Shown here: piece by piece, positions 1 through 9,262 of the stretch
How the letters are laid out: each line of letters begins with the position of its first letter
Position numbering within the stretch: position 1 is the stretch's first letter
Source: a virus
Taxonomy: Duplodnaviria > Caudoviricetes
Virus record (IMG/VR): IMGVR_UViG_3300020045_006172
Coordinates: 1-48,365 of that record
Length of the DNA stretch: 48,365 nucleotides
Direction: 5' to 3' (one strand)
Made by a program: the position numbers and the translations under genes
Notes under the pieces: model-generated
Databases searched by the model: none
What the model was told of the DNA's origin: nothing
The model's input: only the letters and a program-made list of their open reading frames with translations

Positions 1-84
1 AATTATAATAAAGCTGGAAAAGAAAGTATATTATCTTGTGGAGTAGTAATTGAAGGAAAACAACCATTATTAATTAAATTTTAA
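1..84 (+). CDS. 3' end of an upstream gene (partial), possibly a calcineurin-like phosphoesterase
   Basis: Frame 1 is open from base 1 (NYNKAGKESILSCGVVIEGKQPLLIKF) to TAA at 82-84, two bases before the next ATG. The CGVVIxG..P ending resembles phage metallophosphoesterase C-termini (recollection only). Confidence 0.45.
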   Translation, partial: NYNKAGKESILSCGVVIEGKQPLLIKF

Positions 85-86
85 TT

Positions 87-800
87 ATGACTTTAAATCA
101 AATTATTTTTGACATAAAAGAAATGTTATCTCAATATACTTATGAAAATACTTTGTCAGATGTTCATTTAGCATATATCTTTACAAATAAAAGGAATACT
201 TATATTAGAAATTATATAAGTAATCTTAAAAAAGAATTACCTATTCAGGCAATGCAACAAATATGTGTTACTTTAGAAGAAGATGATATTTGTGAAGATG
301 ATTTTATTTATTTAAAAAGTACTCAAAGATTACCTGCTACAATAGAATCTACTGGAAGATCTAATATATCACAAGCTTATTTAAATTCAAGAACAGCTAA
401 ATGGATTAATATAGTAGATTATCAAAGATGGCCTTATATTAAATTAGGAGGAAGATTTAATGATAAACAATTATATATTACATTAGATCCAGATGATTAT
501 GTATTAGTTTGGTCTCCTTCTAATAATCATGAATTAATAGAAGATTTAAAATTAAATATTATAGCAGAAGATCCAGAATTAGCATATAATATGCAATGCA
601 ATTTAGATAAGAAATGTGAATTCTTTGATAGTGAATATCCCATAGAATCTTCTATGATAGATCCTATTAAAAGAGAAATACTTAATGAATTACTTATTAA
701 ATATAGAATTCCTACAGATATAATAAATAATGCTAACATGGATGAAATTAATAAAATACCTTTAGATGCAGGAAATAATAATCAACGAAGAGGAAACTAA
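87..800 (+). CDS. crAss-like tail ring/adaptor protein
   Basis: 237-aa ORF placed just before the IHF-like, tail tubular and muzzle genes, matching Crassvirales tail gene order. Function is inferred from synteny. Confidence 0.55.
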   Translation: MTLNQIIFDIKEMLSQYTYENTLSDVHLAYIFTNKRNTYIRNYISNLKKELPIQAMQQICVTLEEDDICEDDFIYLKSTQRLPATIESTGRSNISQAYLNSRTAKWINIVDYQRWPYIKLGGRFNDKQLYITLDPDDYVLVWSPSNNHELIEDLKLNIIAEDPELAYNMQCNLDKKCEFFDSEYPIESSMIDPIKREILNELLIKYRIPTDIINNANMDEINKIPLDAGNNNQRRGN

Positions 801-1320
801 ACCTGAACAAAGAAAAAGAATATCAGCTAGATATAGTATAAGATATTTTGCAAGTTATGCCTGGAGAAGAACTAAAAAAAAATACCCTGAATATGATAGA
901 GAAGATATTCATAGAGCAATAGTAATGTATTTTGATTTAGCACAAGAAGATCTTGCTAAAGGAGATAAAATTCATTTAGTAAATAAATTAGGAAGTTTAT
1001 ATCTTACTAAAGAACAAAGAGGAGTAACTTATAATGAAGAAACAGGTAAGGTTTTAAATACTTTACCTGTTAATATTCCTGATACATTAAAATTATGGAA
1101 ATCTAAACCTGAATTAAGAAATAAAACATTTGTTAGATATACTAATGATCATTCAGATGGATTCTTATTTAGATTGAAATATCAATTAAGCAGAGCAATA
1201 TTTAAAAATAAAAAAATATATTGTATGCAATTTAACAGAACTTTAAAAGCTAAATTAGTAAAAAATATAAAAGATAAAAAAGTAGATGCTTATTTAATAT
1301 CCTCAAAATACGATGAATAG
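766..1320 (+). CDS. IHF/HU-like DNA-binding protein of the crAss tail module
   Basis: Basic 184-aa ORF with HU-like segment 'DLAKGDKIHLVNKLGSLYL'. An IHF-like gene between tail ring genes is typical of crAss-like phages. Confidence 0.6.
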   Translation: MQEIIINEEETKPEQRKRISARYSIRYFASYAWRRTKKKYPEYDREDIHRAIVMYFDLAQEDLAKGDKIHLVNKLGSLYLTKEQRGVTYNEETGKVLNTLPVNIPDTLKLWKSKPELRNKTFVRYTNDHSDGFLFRLKYQLSRAIFKNKKIYCMQFNRTLKAKLVKNIKDKKVDAYLISSKYDE

Positions 1321-2023
1321 ATCACAAAACTATGTTTCAATAGATGTTATTGCAAACAAAATATATAAAAATCCTTTACTTAAAGATATAAACTTTGAAG
1401 ATATAATTGATTATACACTAAGTGTAATTAAAATATTAAGAGTACCTGGAGTATATAAAGAAGAATCTTGTTATAAAGAAGTAGATAATCATATGATAGC
1501 ATTACCTAAAAATGCATTAAATATAAAAACTGTAGATTTATGTATAGGAAACAGATTAATTCCTATTAGAGAATCTACTTACAGTTTATCCAATCATTTA
1601 AATAAAATAAACGAACAATATAATCATCACAATAATACATATTCTATAAATAATCAAATATTAAAAACTTCATGTAAAAAAGGTAAAATATTTATAACAT
1701 TTGATACTATTAAAGTAGATAATGATAACATACCTATGATACCTGATTCAGAAGCTCTTTTAAGAGCTATAGAAGCCTATATTAAGATACAGGTATATAC
1801 AGTGTTAGTAGATTTAAATAAACTCTCTGAGAGAGCCTTAAATAGAGCTGAACAAGAATATTATTTTAATGTTGGTAAAGCTCAATCTGAATTCCAAGGA
1901 TTTAATAATGAAGATTCTATAGATAGTTTTCTTAATGGTTGGAAAAGAACTTTTAACTCAGAAGATGAACATAGAAATAGACATTATGGAGACTCAATAA
2001 AACAAAATATAAATAGATTATAA
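1313..2023 (+). CDS. tail tubular/ring protein (P22 gp4-like, Ttub)
   Basis: 236 aa with the 'D..N.PMIPD...L.RAIEAYI' motif; directly upstream of, and TAATG-coupled to, the large tail stabilisation gene. Confidence 0.65.
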   Translation: MNRSQNYVSIDVIANKIYKNPLLKDINFEDIIDYTLSVIKILRVPGVYKEESCYKEVDNHMIALPKNALNIKTVDLCIGNRLIPIRESTYSLSNHLNKINEQYNHHNNTYSINNQILKTSCKKGKIFITFDTIKVDNDNIPMIPDSEALLRAIEAYIKIQVYTVLVDLNKLSERALNRAEQEYYFNVGKAQSEFQGFNNEDSIDSFLNGWKRTFNSEDEHRNRHYGDSIKQNINRL

Positions 2024-5000
2024 TGGTTAAAACAGTTATACACACATTTCAAAAAATGAATAAGGATATTGCGGAAAGTAAAAATCCTGTTCAATTTTAT
2101 TATGATGCACATAATTTAAGATTCATTACTAATCAAGAAGTAATAACTGGAGGTTTTTCTTTTGAAAAAGGAAATGATAAAGTATTAATTATTCCAATAC
2201 CTATTATAAATGCTTCTACTAATTCTATTAATTATAATAATAAATCTTTAGTTTATTCTATAACTGGAACAACTCAACCTAGAAATGAAATAGAATCTAC
2301 TTATTTTATTTCTAATAATAATTATAAAACATCAGATAGACAACAAATAATAGGTCATTGTATTATAAGAGATAATATAATTCTATTTACAACTGATAAT
2401 AATGGATTTGATTGTATTTGGAAAGTGAACGATGAAACTTATGAATTAGAATTATTATATTTAAGAAATCTTGGATTTAATATAATGTATCCAATACAAG
2501 CTTTAAATAATTATGAAAATAAAATTATTGATAAAGTATATTGGGTAGATGGTAATAATCAAATGAGATTTATTAATATTTATCAATCAACAGATAATCA
2601 GGATTTACAAAATTTAATAGATTTAAGTTTTGATAATATTAATATGGTAGGTACTCAGGATTTAAATCAACCTCAAATAATTGATATTAATCAAGGTGGT
2701 ATACATACTTCAGGTATGATACAATACGCTTATAATTTATATAGAATAAATGGTTCTCAATCTAGTCTATCTCCATTATCAGAACTAGTAGCTTTAGATA
2801 AAGGAGATAATAATGGAGGTGGAAATATAAATGAAATAGTAGGGAGTATCCCAGTAATTAAAATAAATGATTTAGATAATAATTATACTAATCTTAGATT
2901 GTATGCTATTAAATATACTTCTTATAATCAAAGTCCAAGTATATCTTTAATACTAGATAGGGATATAACAAGTGTAAATTCTATTACTTATTATGATGAT
3001 GGTAATATTATATCTTCTATTTCTTTAGAAGAATTTTTATTTTTAGGTTCTAATATTATTATACCTAAACATATTAATACTAAAAAAAATATAATGTTTT
3101 TAGCTAATTATAGTGAAAAAAACTTTGATATAGATATTACAGATAAAATAAATTCAATTGATTTAAGAGCTTATAGTTTTCAATCTAATTCTACTACTAC
3201 ATTTGTTTATAATTCTTTATTAGAAGATTCTAACAATAACTTATATTCAGAAGAACCTACTATAAATATAACTGCTAATGTAATTAGTGGGGTAACTAAA
3301 ATACCTTACAAAAACTCAGCTATTAATATTAATTATGATTTATATAATAAACAATTTAATAACAATATATTAGGGGGAGAAGGTGCTTATATAAAATATA
3401 GAATAGTTAGAAATGAATTAACTGATGATAATGCAAAAGGTAAATTTTTAAAAGATAATGAAATTTATAGATTAGCAATTCAATTTTATAATAAATATGG
3501 ACAAACAACTGTTCCTAAATGGATAGCGGATTTTAAAACTATAGTTATTAATAATCAATCTAACTTAAATGGTTATTATGCTTCTATAGAAGTAACATTT
3601 AAAGCTTTATTTTATACTTGGTTAAATGATAATAATAACTTTTTAGACGAAAATGGAGTATATGATGATACTTTAAAACCTATTGGATATAGATTACTAA
3701 GATCAGAAAGAACTCTCTTAGATCGCTCTATATTATGTCAGGGATTATTAAATGGTATGTTATCTCAAGTTAATGGAGATACAACTGGAGATAATGATCC
3801 TAATGATGTTGCTCAGCAAGAAAGAGTACATAGAGGTCTTAAAATACCTTCATTAATGAGAAGGTTTGATGAATATTTAGCTCCTATGTGGAGAAATAAA
3901 GTTTATGATAGGTTAGATAGATTAGTAGAATATCATCCTAATTGGCAAGATTATGGTCAAAATGGAGATTCTAGAAATGAAGTATATAAAGCTCAAGAAT
4001 CTGATCAATGGACTCAAGGAACATACCAATTTACTAAAATGATGCAAATGTTCTCTCCTGAAATAACTTTTAATACTATTCAGAATTTATCTCAAGTTAA
4101 TTTAAATTTAATAGGAGGTATTGAAAATAATTACAATGCTGCTTGGGATCAGGTTAGAGACATAAGAACTAAAATAGTAGCAGGAGAATTTAGAATTTAT
4201 AATGCAATATATCCTCATGATGTTAAATCCCAGGGAGCTAATTTTGAATTAGTATCTGGGGATAGAACTAAAATACAAGCACACGGATTCTTCGGTTATG
4301 CAGATGAAAACTATATGGATTTCATTCAAATATTAAGAAGTTATAGAGGAATATATTATCCTTTTAATAAAGAAGAAATAGTATACGGAACTCCAGATAT
4401 AGTTGAAACAGGACAAGGCAGAACTACTTATAATAATGATAGTGATTTTATATTTGCTAATTCATTAGAATCTTTAGCAGCAGATCAAATATTAACTTCA
4501 GTAAATACTTGGGGTGCTAAAAATATAACATTTGCACTAGGAAATAATAATATAAATACTACACAAAGAAGAGGTATAGAAGACTTATTTGCTAGTACAG
4601 GAATAAATGATACTGGTGTAGGATTAATTGCAGAATTTAGAATAAATAGAAATTTAATTTATTTAGGAAATATATATGGAGGAAATAGTTATGAATCTAA
4701 AAAAAGAAGTAATTATATTGAAGTGGGAAATTATCAGTCTATTAACACTTCAGTTTATAACTGTATTAATTTCGGAGATACTTTTATAAGTAACTTTAGA
4801 TTTACTAAATTAGTTAAAACAGAAACTGAAGTTTATAGTAGAGGTTCAGAACAAGTAACTGAAATAGTAGAATTCAAAGTAGAAACTACCATAGATTTAA
4901 ATAATAGAAATGATCAATCTTTACAAGACTGGGATAATAGATTTCAACCTGTATATACAGAATATCAAAATTATAATAGAGTATATTCACAAGAACCTAA

Positions 5001-6123
5001 TTTAATTATTAGAAGGGATTTAGACTATAAATTTAAATCTATAGAACAATTTGATACCAATGTAATTGCTACTAAAGTAAAAGTAGCAGGAGAAATAATT
5101 GATAGTTGGACTGATTTACAACCTAATAATGTTATTACTTTAGATGGAAAGTATGGTCCTATTAACAATTTAGTTTCTTTTAAAGATGAATTATTTACTT
5201 TTCAAGATAGAGGTATAAGTAGATTATCTATTCTTCCTAGAGTTCAAGTTCAAGGTAATGATGGTATTGCTGTTGAATTAGGAAGTGGAGCAGTACTACA
5301 AGAATATAATTATATAACCATTAATTCTGGAAGTATTAATAAATGGGGTATAATACCTACAGAAGTTGGTATTTATTACTTGGATGGATTAAATAAAAGT
5401 TTTAATGTAATAGGAGATAATTTTATAGGATTAAGTGATGCAGAAGGTTTTCATAAATTTTTATTAGATAATATTGATATTAATATTCTTAAAATAGATA
5501 ATCCTTTAATATATAAAGGAGTTAGTTTAGGTTGGGATAAAATAACAAATGATATTTATTTATCTCTTTTTAACGAAGATAAAAAAATTACACTATCATA
5601 TAATTTAGCTCAAAAAGGTTTTAGTAGTTTTTATGATTATCATTCTAGTATGTATATATATACTAAAAATAAAACTATAACAATTAATCCTAATCTTAAT
5701 ACTAATAATGAATTATATGAAAATTTTATAGGAGATTATAATATTTTTTATAATAATAATAAAATATCAAGTTTAGATTTTATTGTTAATCCAGAACCTC
5801 AAACAGAATGTACTTTTAATAATCTAGAATATAAATCTGAAGCAAAAGATAATAACTTAGAAATACAAGATTATACCTGGGAAAGAATAAGAGCTAATAA
5901 TGAATTTCAAGATAGTAATTTAATAGATTTAAGAAATAAATTTAATATTAGAAAATTAAATAGAAAATGGAGATTAAATATCCCAAGGAACAATAACAAA
6001 GTAAATAGGATTAGAAATACTTGGACTAATATACATTTAGAATCTAATAATTTAAATAATTATAATTACAGAAATAATGATATTATTGTTTATTATAATC
6101 CTAATTATAAAATTATACACTAA
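2023..6123 (+). CDS. tail stabilisation/muzzle protein (P22 gp10-like, Tstab)
   Basis: 1366-aa beta-rich ORF. N-terminal 'MNKD...YYDAHNLR' and C-terminal 'DSWT...LDGKYGPIN' and 'RKWRLNIPR...RIRNTW' motifs fit crAss-like stabilisation proteins. Confidence 0.75.
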   Translation: MVKTVIHTFQKMNKDIAESKNPVQFYYDAHNLRFITNQEVITGGFSFEKGNDKVLIIPIPIINASTNSINYNNKSLVYSITGTTQPRNEIESTYFISNNNYKTSDRQQIIGHCIIRDNIILFTTDNNGFDCIWKVNDETYELELLYLRNLGFNIMYPIQALNNYENKIIDKVYWVDGNNQMRFINIYQSTDNQDLQNLIDLSFDNINMVGTQDLNQPQIIDINQGGIHTSGMIQYAYNLYRINGSQSSLSPLSELVALDKGDNNGGGNINEIVGSIPVIKINDLDNNYTNLRLYAIKYTSYNQSPSISLILDRDITSVNSITYYDDGNIISSISLEEFLFLGSNIIIPKHINTKKNIMFLANYSEKNFDIDITDKINSIDLRAYSFQSNSTTTFVYNSLLEDSNNNLYSEEPTINITANVISGVTKIPYKNSAININYDLYNKQFNNNILGGEGAYIKYRIVRNELTDDNAKGKFLKDNEIYRLAIQFYNKYGQTTVPKWIADFKTIVINNQSNLNGYYASIEVTFKALFYTWLNDNNNFLDENGVYDDTLKPIGYRLLRSERTLLDRSILCQGLLNGMLSQVNGDTTGDNDPNDVAQQERVHRGLKIPSLMRRFDEYLAPMWRNKVYDRLDRLVEYHPNWQDYGQNGDSRNEVYKAQESDQWTQGTYQFTKMMQMFSPEITFNTIQNLSQVNLNLIGGIENNYNAAWDQVRDIRTKIVAGEFRIYNAIYPHDVKSQGANFELVSGDRTKIQAHGFFGYADENYMDFIQILRSYRGIYYPFNKEEIVYGTPDIVETGQGRTTYNNDSDFIFANSLESLAADQILTSVNTWGAKNITFALGNNNINTTQRRGIEDLFASTGINDTGVGLIAEFRINRNLIYLGNIYGGNSYESKKRSNYIEVGNYQSINTSVYNCINFGDTFISNFRFTKLVKTETEVYSRGSEQVTEIVEFKVETTIDLNNRNDQSLQDWDNRFQPVYTEYQNYNRVYSQEPNLIIRRDLDYKFKSIEQFDTNVIATKVKVAGEIIDSWTDLQPNNVITLDGKYGPINNLVSFKDELFTFQDRGISRLSILPRVQVQGNDGIAVELGSGAVLQEYNYITINSGSINKWGIIPTEVGIYYLDGLNKSFNVIGDNFIGLSDAEGFHKFLLDNIDINILKIDNPLIYKGVSLGWDKITNDIYLSLFNEDKKITLSYNLAQKGFSSFYDYHSSMYIYTKNKTITINPNLNTNNELYENFIGDYNIFYNNNKISSLDFIVNPEPQTECTFNNLEYKSEAKDNNLEIQDYTWERIRANNEFQDSNLIDLRNKFNIRKLNRKWRLNIPRNNNKVNRIRNTWTNIHLESNNLNNYNYRNNDIIVYYNPNYKIIH

Positions 6124-6172
6124 ATACTTAATAATTAATATATAATTAATACTTTTACAAAAAGAATAAATA

Positions 6173-9100
6173 ATGGCAGACAATAATAAAAATATTGATC
6201 CTAAAAAACAAGCAGTAGAAGCATATAAAAATTCTATTAAACAAGCAGAAAGTGGAGGAAATGTAAATGCTAAATCTTCCACTTCTTCTGCTAGAGGTTT
6301 ATATCAATTCACAGATGCTACTTGGAAAGAAATGGAAAAAAAACTTGGTAAAAAATTAGATATTACTAGTTCTAAAGATCAGGAAGTAGCAATGAATAAA
6401 CTTACTGATTTAAATATTGCTACTTTAGAGAAAAATAATTTACCAGTTACACAAGCAAATTTATATACTAATCATTTTTTAGGATTAACAGGTGGACCTA
6501 AATTTCTAAAAAATTTACAAAAGAATCCTAATGAATTAGCTAGTAAATATGTTAGTGCAGCAGCAGTTAAATCTAATGAAAGTTTATTTTATAAAAATGA
6601 AAAACCTGTAACAGCAGCAGAATTATTTAATAATTTAAATTCTAAAGTAGAATCAGATTCAATACCTACACAAATTCAACAAGTACCTCAATATATTCCT
6701 AGTCCAGAATTTAATAATACTGAAATAGATAACACAAGTACACAAAAACCTAGACTAGATACTAATTTAAAGCTTTCTAATCAATCCATTCCTAAAAGTG
6801 TTACTGATAATCAAGAATTAAATATAAGTCCTGTAGATACTAAAAATCAACTTGGTTTATCAGGTAATTTAGATTTTTTACCAAGTGATATTAATTTGGC
6901 ATTTTCAGAAGAAGAACAATTAAATCAAGAACTAAGTAATCCAGATGAATTAGTTAATATTGCTAAAGATGGAGGTATTCAAGATTCTATAGATCCTAAA
7001 AAAAAGAAATTATCAGTTACTAGTAAAAATGATCCTAGATATCTAGCTTATAATGATAGCTTAAATGCATATAATAGTTATAAAAATTTAAAAGATAATT
7101 TTATAAATACTGAATTACCTATTTCTAAATTTTTAAAAACTCAAGATTTTGATAAACTTCAAAATGAAAATTTAAAAAATAAAAAAATAAAACCTACTTC
7201 TGAAGAATGGCTCTCTAATAAAGGAAGAGAAATAAAAGCAAATAAATATAAAAAACCAAATCAAGAAGTAATAATAGATAGTACTCCTACTGTAAATAAT
7301 ATAGATATTAAAAGTAAACCTTTAGAATTAGGAAATACAGATTTTTCTACTAATATTATAAAATCATATCCTGAAGCAAAAATACCTCAATATTATAATG
7401 TAATTGATGATAGAGGAAAAAGTTCTTCTAGTTATAGATATTATCCACAAGAAGGACAAGAATTACCTTCAATATCTCCTAAAAATGTAAGAAAAATGAC
7501 ACCTGTATATGAAGATTTAAACAAAGCAGAATATGGTGGGAGACAAAATAACTTAACTGTATCTGAACCATCTAATAAAATACTTGAACATTTTAATGAA
7601 GGAGGTTCTCATGAAGAAAATAAATATGGAGGTATTCCACAAGGAATCGGATTTAATGGTAAATTAAATACTGTAGAAGAAGGAGAGACTAAATTTAATA
7701 ATTATGTATTTTCTGATACTTTAAAATTAAATGATGATGATATAGAAAGCTTATTTTTACCAAAAGAAATAGCTAATAAAACATTTGCAGAAGCAAGTAA
7801 ATATATAAATTCTATTTTAGAAGATAACCCTAATGATAAGATTATTAAAAAAACAGTAGAAAAACAATTAGATAGTTTAACATTAGGAAATGAAAAAGCT
7901 AGATTAGCAAAAGAACAATTAGATATTAATCTAGGAAAGCAATCTTTAAATAAAGATATTATAAAACCTGTTAATGAAATGTTCTTAGGCGGTATAACAG
8001 AAGAAGAATCTATTGGAAACTCTATTGGTATGTCAGGATTACAACCAGGATTAGAAAGTATAACAGATCTTATACAAGGAAATAAAGATAGAGCTATAAG
8101 TAATGGAATAACTGCTGGTACTACTATAGCAGGAACAGCAATTGGTGGTCCTATAGGAGGTCAAATAGGAAGTACAATAGGTAAAATAGCAGGAAGTTTT
8201 ATAGATTCAAATAGAATGAAGAAAAAACAACAAGAATTAAACAAAATTGATCATATTAATAATAGTAATATATATCAAAATGATTTTAAAGTTGGAGGAG
8301 ATTTGACAGACAATAAAGGATTTCCTTATGGTGATGAATATGCATATGATCCTTTAACAGCTAACTATAGACAACCTGAAAATCTTGATCCAAATTCTAC
8401 TTTAAATCTAGGAAGTTATTTATCTCCTTCTACAGAAGATAATAATTATTTTTCTAAACGAGGTAATTTATCTACCGAATTTACAGAACCTGAAATAGCT
8501 GAGTTAAACAATAATAAAAAAACTAATTCAGTAAGTAATCCTAAATCAAATGTAAGAGGTAAAAATTATGCACAATATGCACCTGTACTTGGGGATTTTT
8601 TAAATTATAGAGATGCTAGAAGAGATAAAGCTGAAGTAGAAAATCTTAATAGTTTAACAACAAGATTTAATCCTAATTATGCAGATGAAACTTTTATTCA
8701 AAATTTAGTAGGTAATGATTATGATAATTCTATTAATAGTTTAACAAGTGCTACAAACGGTTCTACAGGAGCATTAAGAGCAAATATATTAGGTGCTGGT
8801 GCAAATAGAACTAAAGCCTTATCAGATGCTTATTTTAAAATAGATGATATTAATAGGCAACAAGACTTACAAGGGCAACAATTCAATTTAGGAATAGATC
8901 AATTTAATATTGGACAAGATAATCAGGAAAGAGATATTAATGCTAGAAATAGAGCTGCTATAGAAGATAGAAGAAGATCTACAAGAGATACTTTATTTAG
9001 AGATATTGGTGCAATAGGTAGAGAACAAACTTATGATAATAGATTAGCTAATTTAACTGGAGGATATGATAGTATGGGTAATTACAATCCTGATAATTTA

Positions 9101-9262
9101 TCCCTTTTAGATAGATTAAAAGAATTAGGATTAGACTCTGGATTATTTGGAAATACAACTAATACTAAAAAACAAGGAGGTATATTATCTTCTGCTTATT
9201 CAGCAATTAATGAAAATAAAATGAGTAACTTTGAAAAAGAATTTAATAAAAGATATAAATAA
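6173..9262 (+). CDS. virion cargo protein with N-terminal lytic transglycosylase (lysozyme-like/SLT) domain
   Basis: SLT motifs 'AESGG..NAKS..SSARGLYQF...TW' and 'LY.NHFLG'; central 'GGSHEEN.YGG...VEEGET' block; glycine-zipper segment 'GITAGTTIAGTAIGGPIGGQIG'. Confidence 0.75.
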   Translation: MADNNKNIDPKKQAVEAYKNSIKQAESGGNVNAKSSTSSARGLYQFTDATWKEMEKKLGKKLDITSSKDQEVAMNKLTDLNIATLEKNNLPVTQANLYTNHFLGLTGGPKFLKNLQKNPNELASKYVSAAAVKSNESLFYKNEKPVTAAELFNNLNSKVESDSIPTQIQQVPQYIPSPEFNNTEIDNTSTQKPRLDTNLKLSNQSIPKSVTDNQELNISPVDTKNQLGLSGNLDFLPSDINLAFSEEEQLNQELSNPDELVNIAKDGGIQDSIDPKKKKLSVTSKNDPRYLAYNDSLNAYNSYKNLKDNFINTELPISKFLKTQDFDKLQNENLKNKKIKPTSEEWLSNKGREIKANKYKKPNQEVIIDSTPTVNNIDIKSKPLELGNTDFSTNIIKSYPEAKIPQYYNVIDDRGKSSSSYRYYPQEGQELPSISPKNVRKMTPVYEDLNKAEYGGRQNNLTVSEPSNKILEHFNEGGSHEENKYGGIPQGIGFNGKLNTVEEGETKFNNYVFSDTLKLNDDDIESLFLPKEIANKTFAEASKYINSILEDNPNDKIIKKTVEKQLDSLTLGNEKARLAKEQLDINLGKQSLNKDIIKPVNEMFLGGITEEESIGNSIGMSGLQPGLESITDLIQGNKDRAISNGITAGTTIAGTAIGGPIGGQIGSTIGKIAGSFIDSNRMKKKQQELNKIDHINNSNIYQNDFKVGGDLTDNKGFPYGDEYAYDPLTANYRQPENLDPNSTLNLGSYLSPSTEDNNYFSKRGNLSTEFTEPEIAELNNNKKTNSVSNPKSNVRGKNYAQYAPVLGDFLNYRDARRDKAEVENLNSLTTRFNPNYADETFIQNLVGNDYDNSINSLTSATNGSTGALRANILGAGANRTKALSDAYFKIDDINRQQDLQGQQFNLGIDQFNIGQDNQERDINARNRAAIEDRRRSTRDTLFRDIGAIGREQTYDNRLANLTGGYDSMGNYNPDNLSLLDRLKELGLDSGLFGNTTNTKKQGGILSSAYSAINENKMSNFEKEFNKRYK

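Noticed and set aside
6124-6172. Promoter or terminator in the gap between muzzle and cargo genes
   Set aside because: Only AT-only pseudo-palindromes and an imperfect TACTTTTA motif, indistinguishable from background in this AT-rich DNA.
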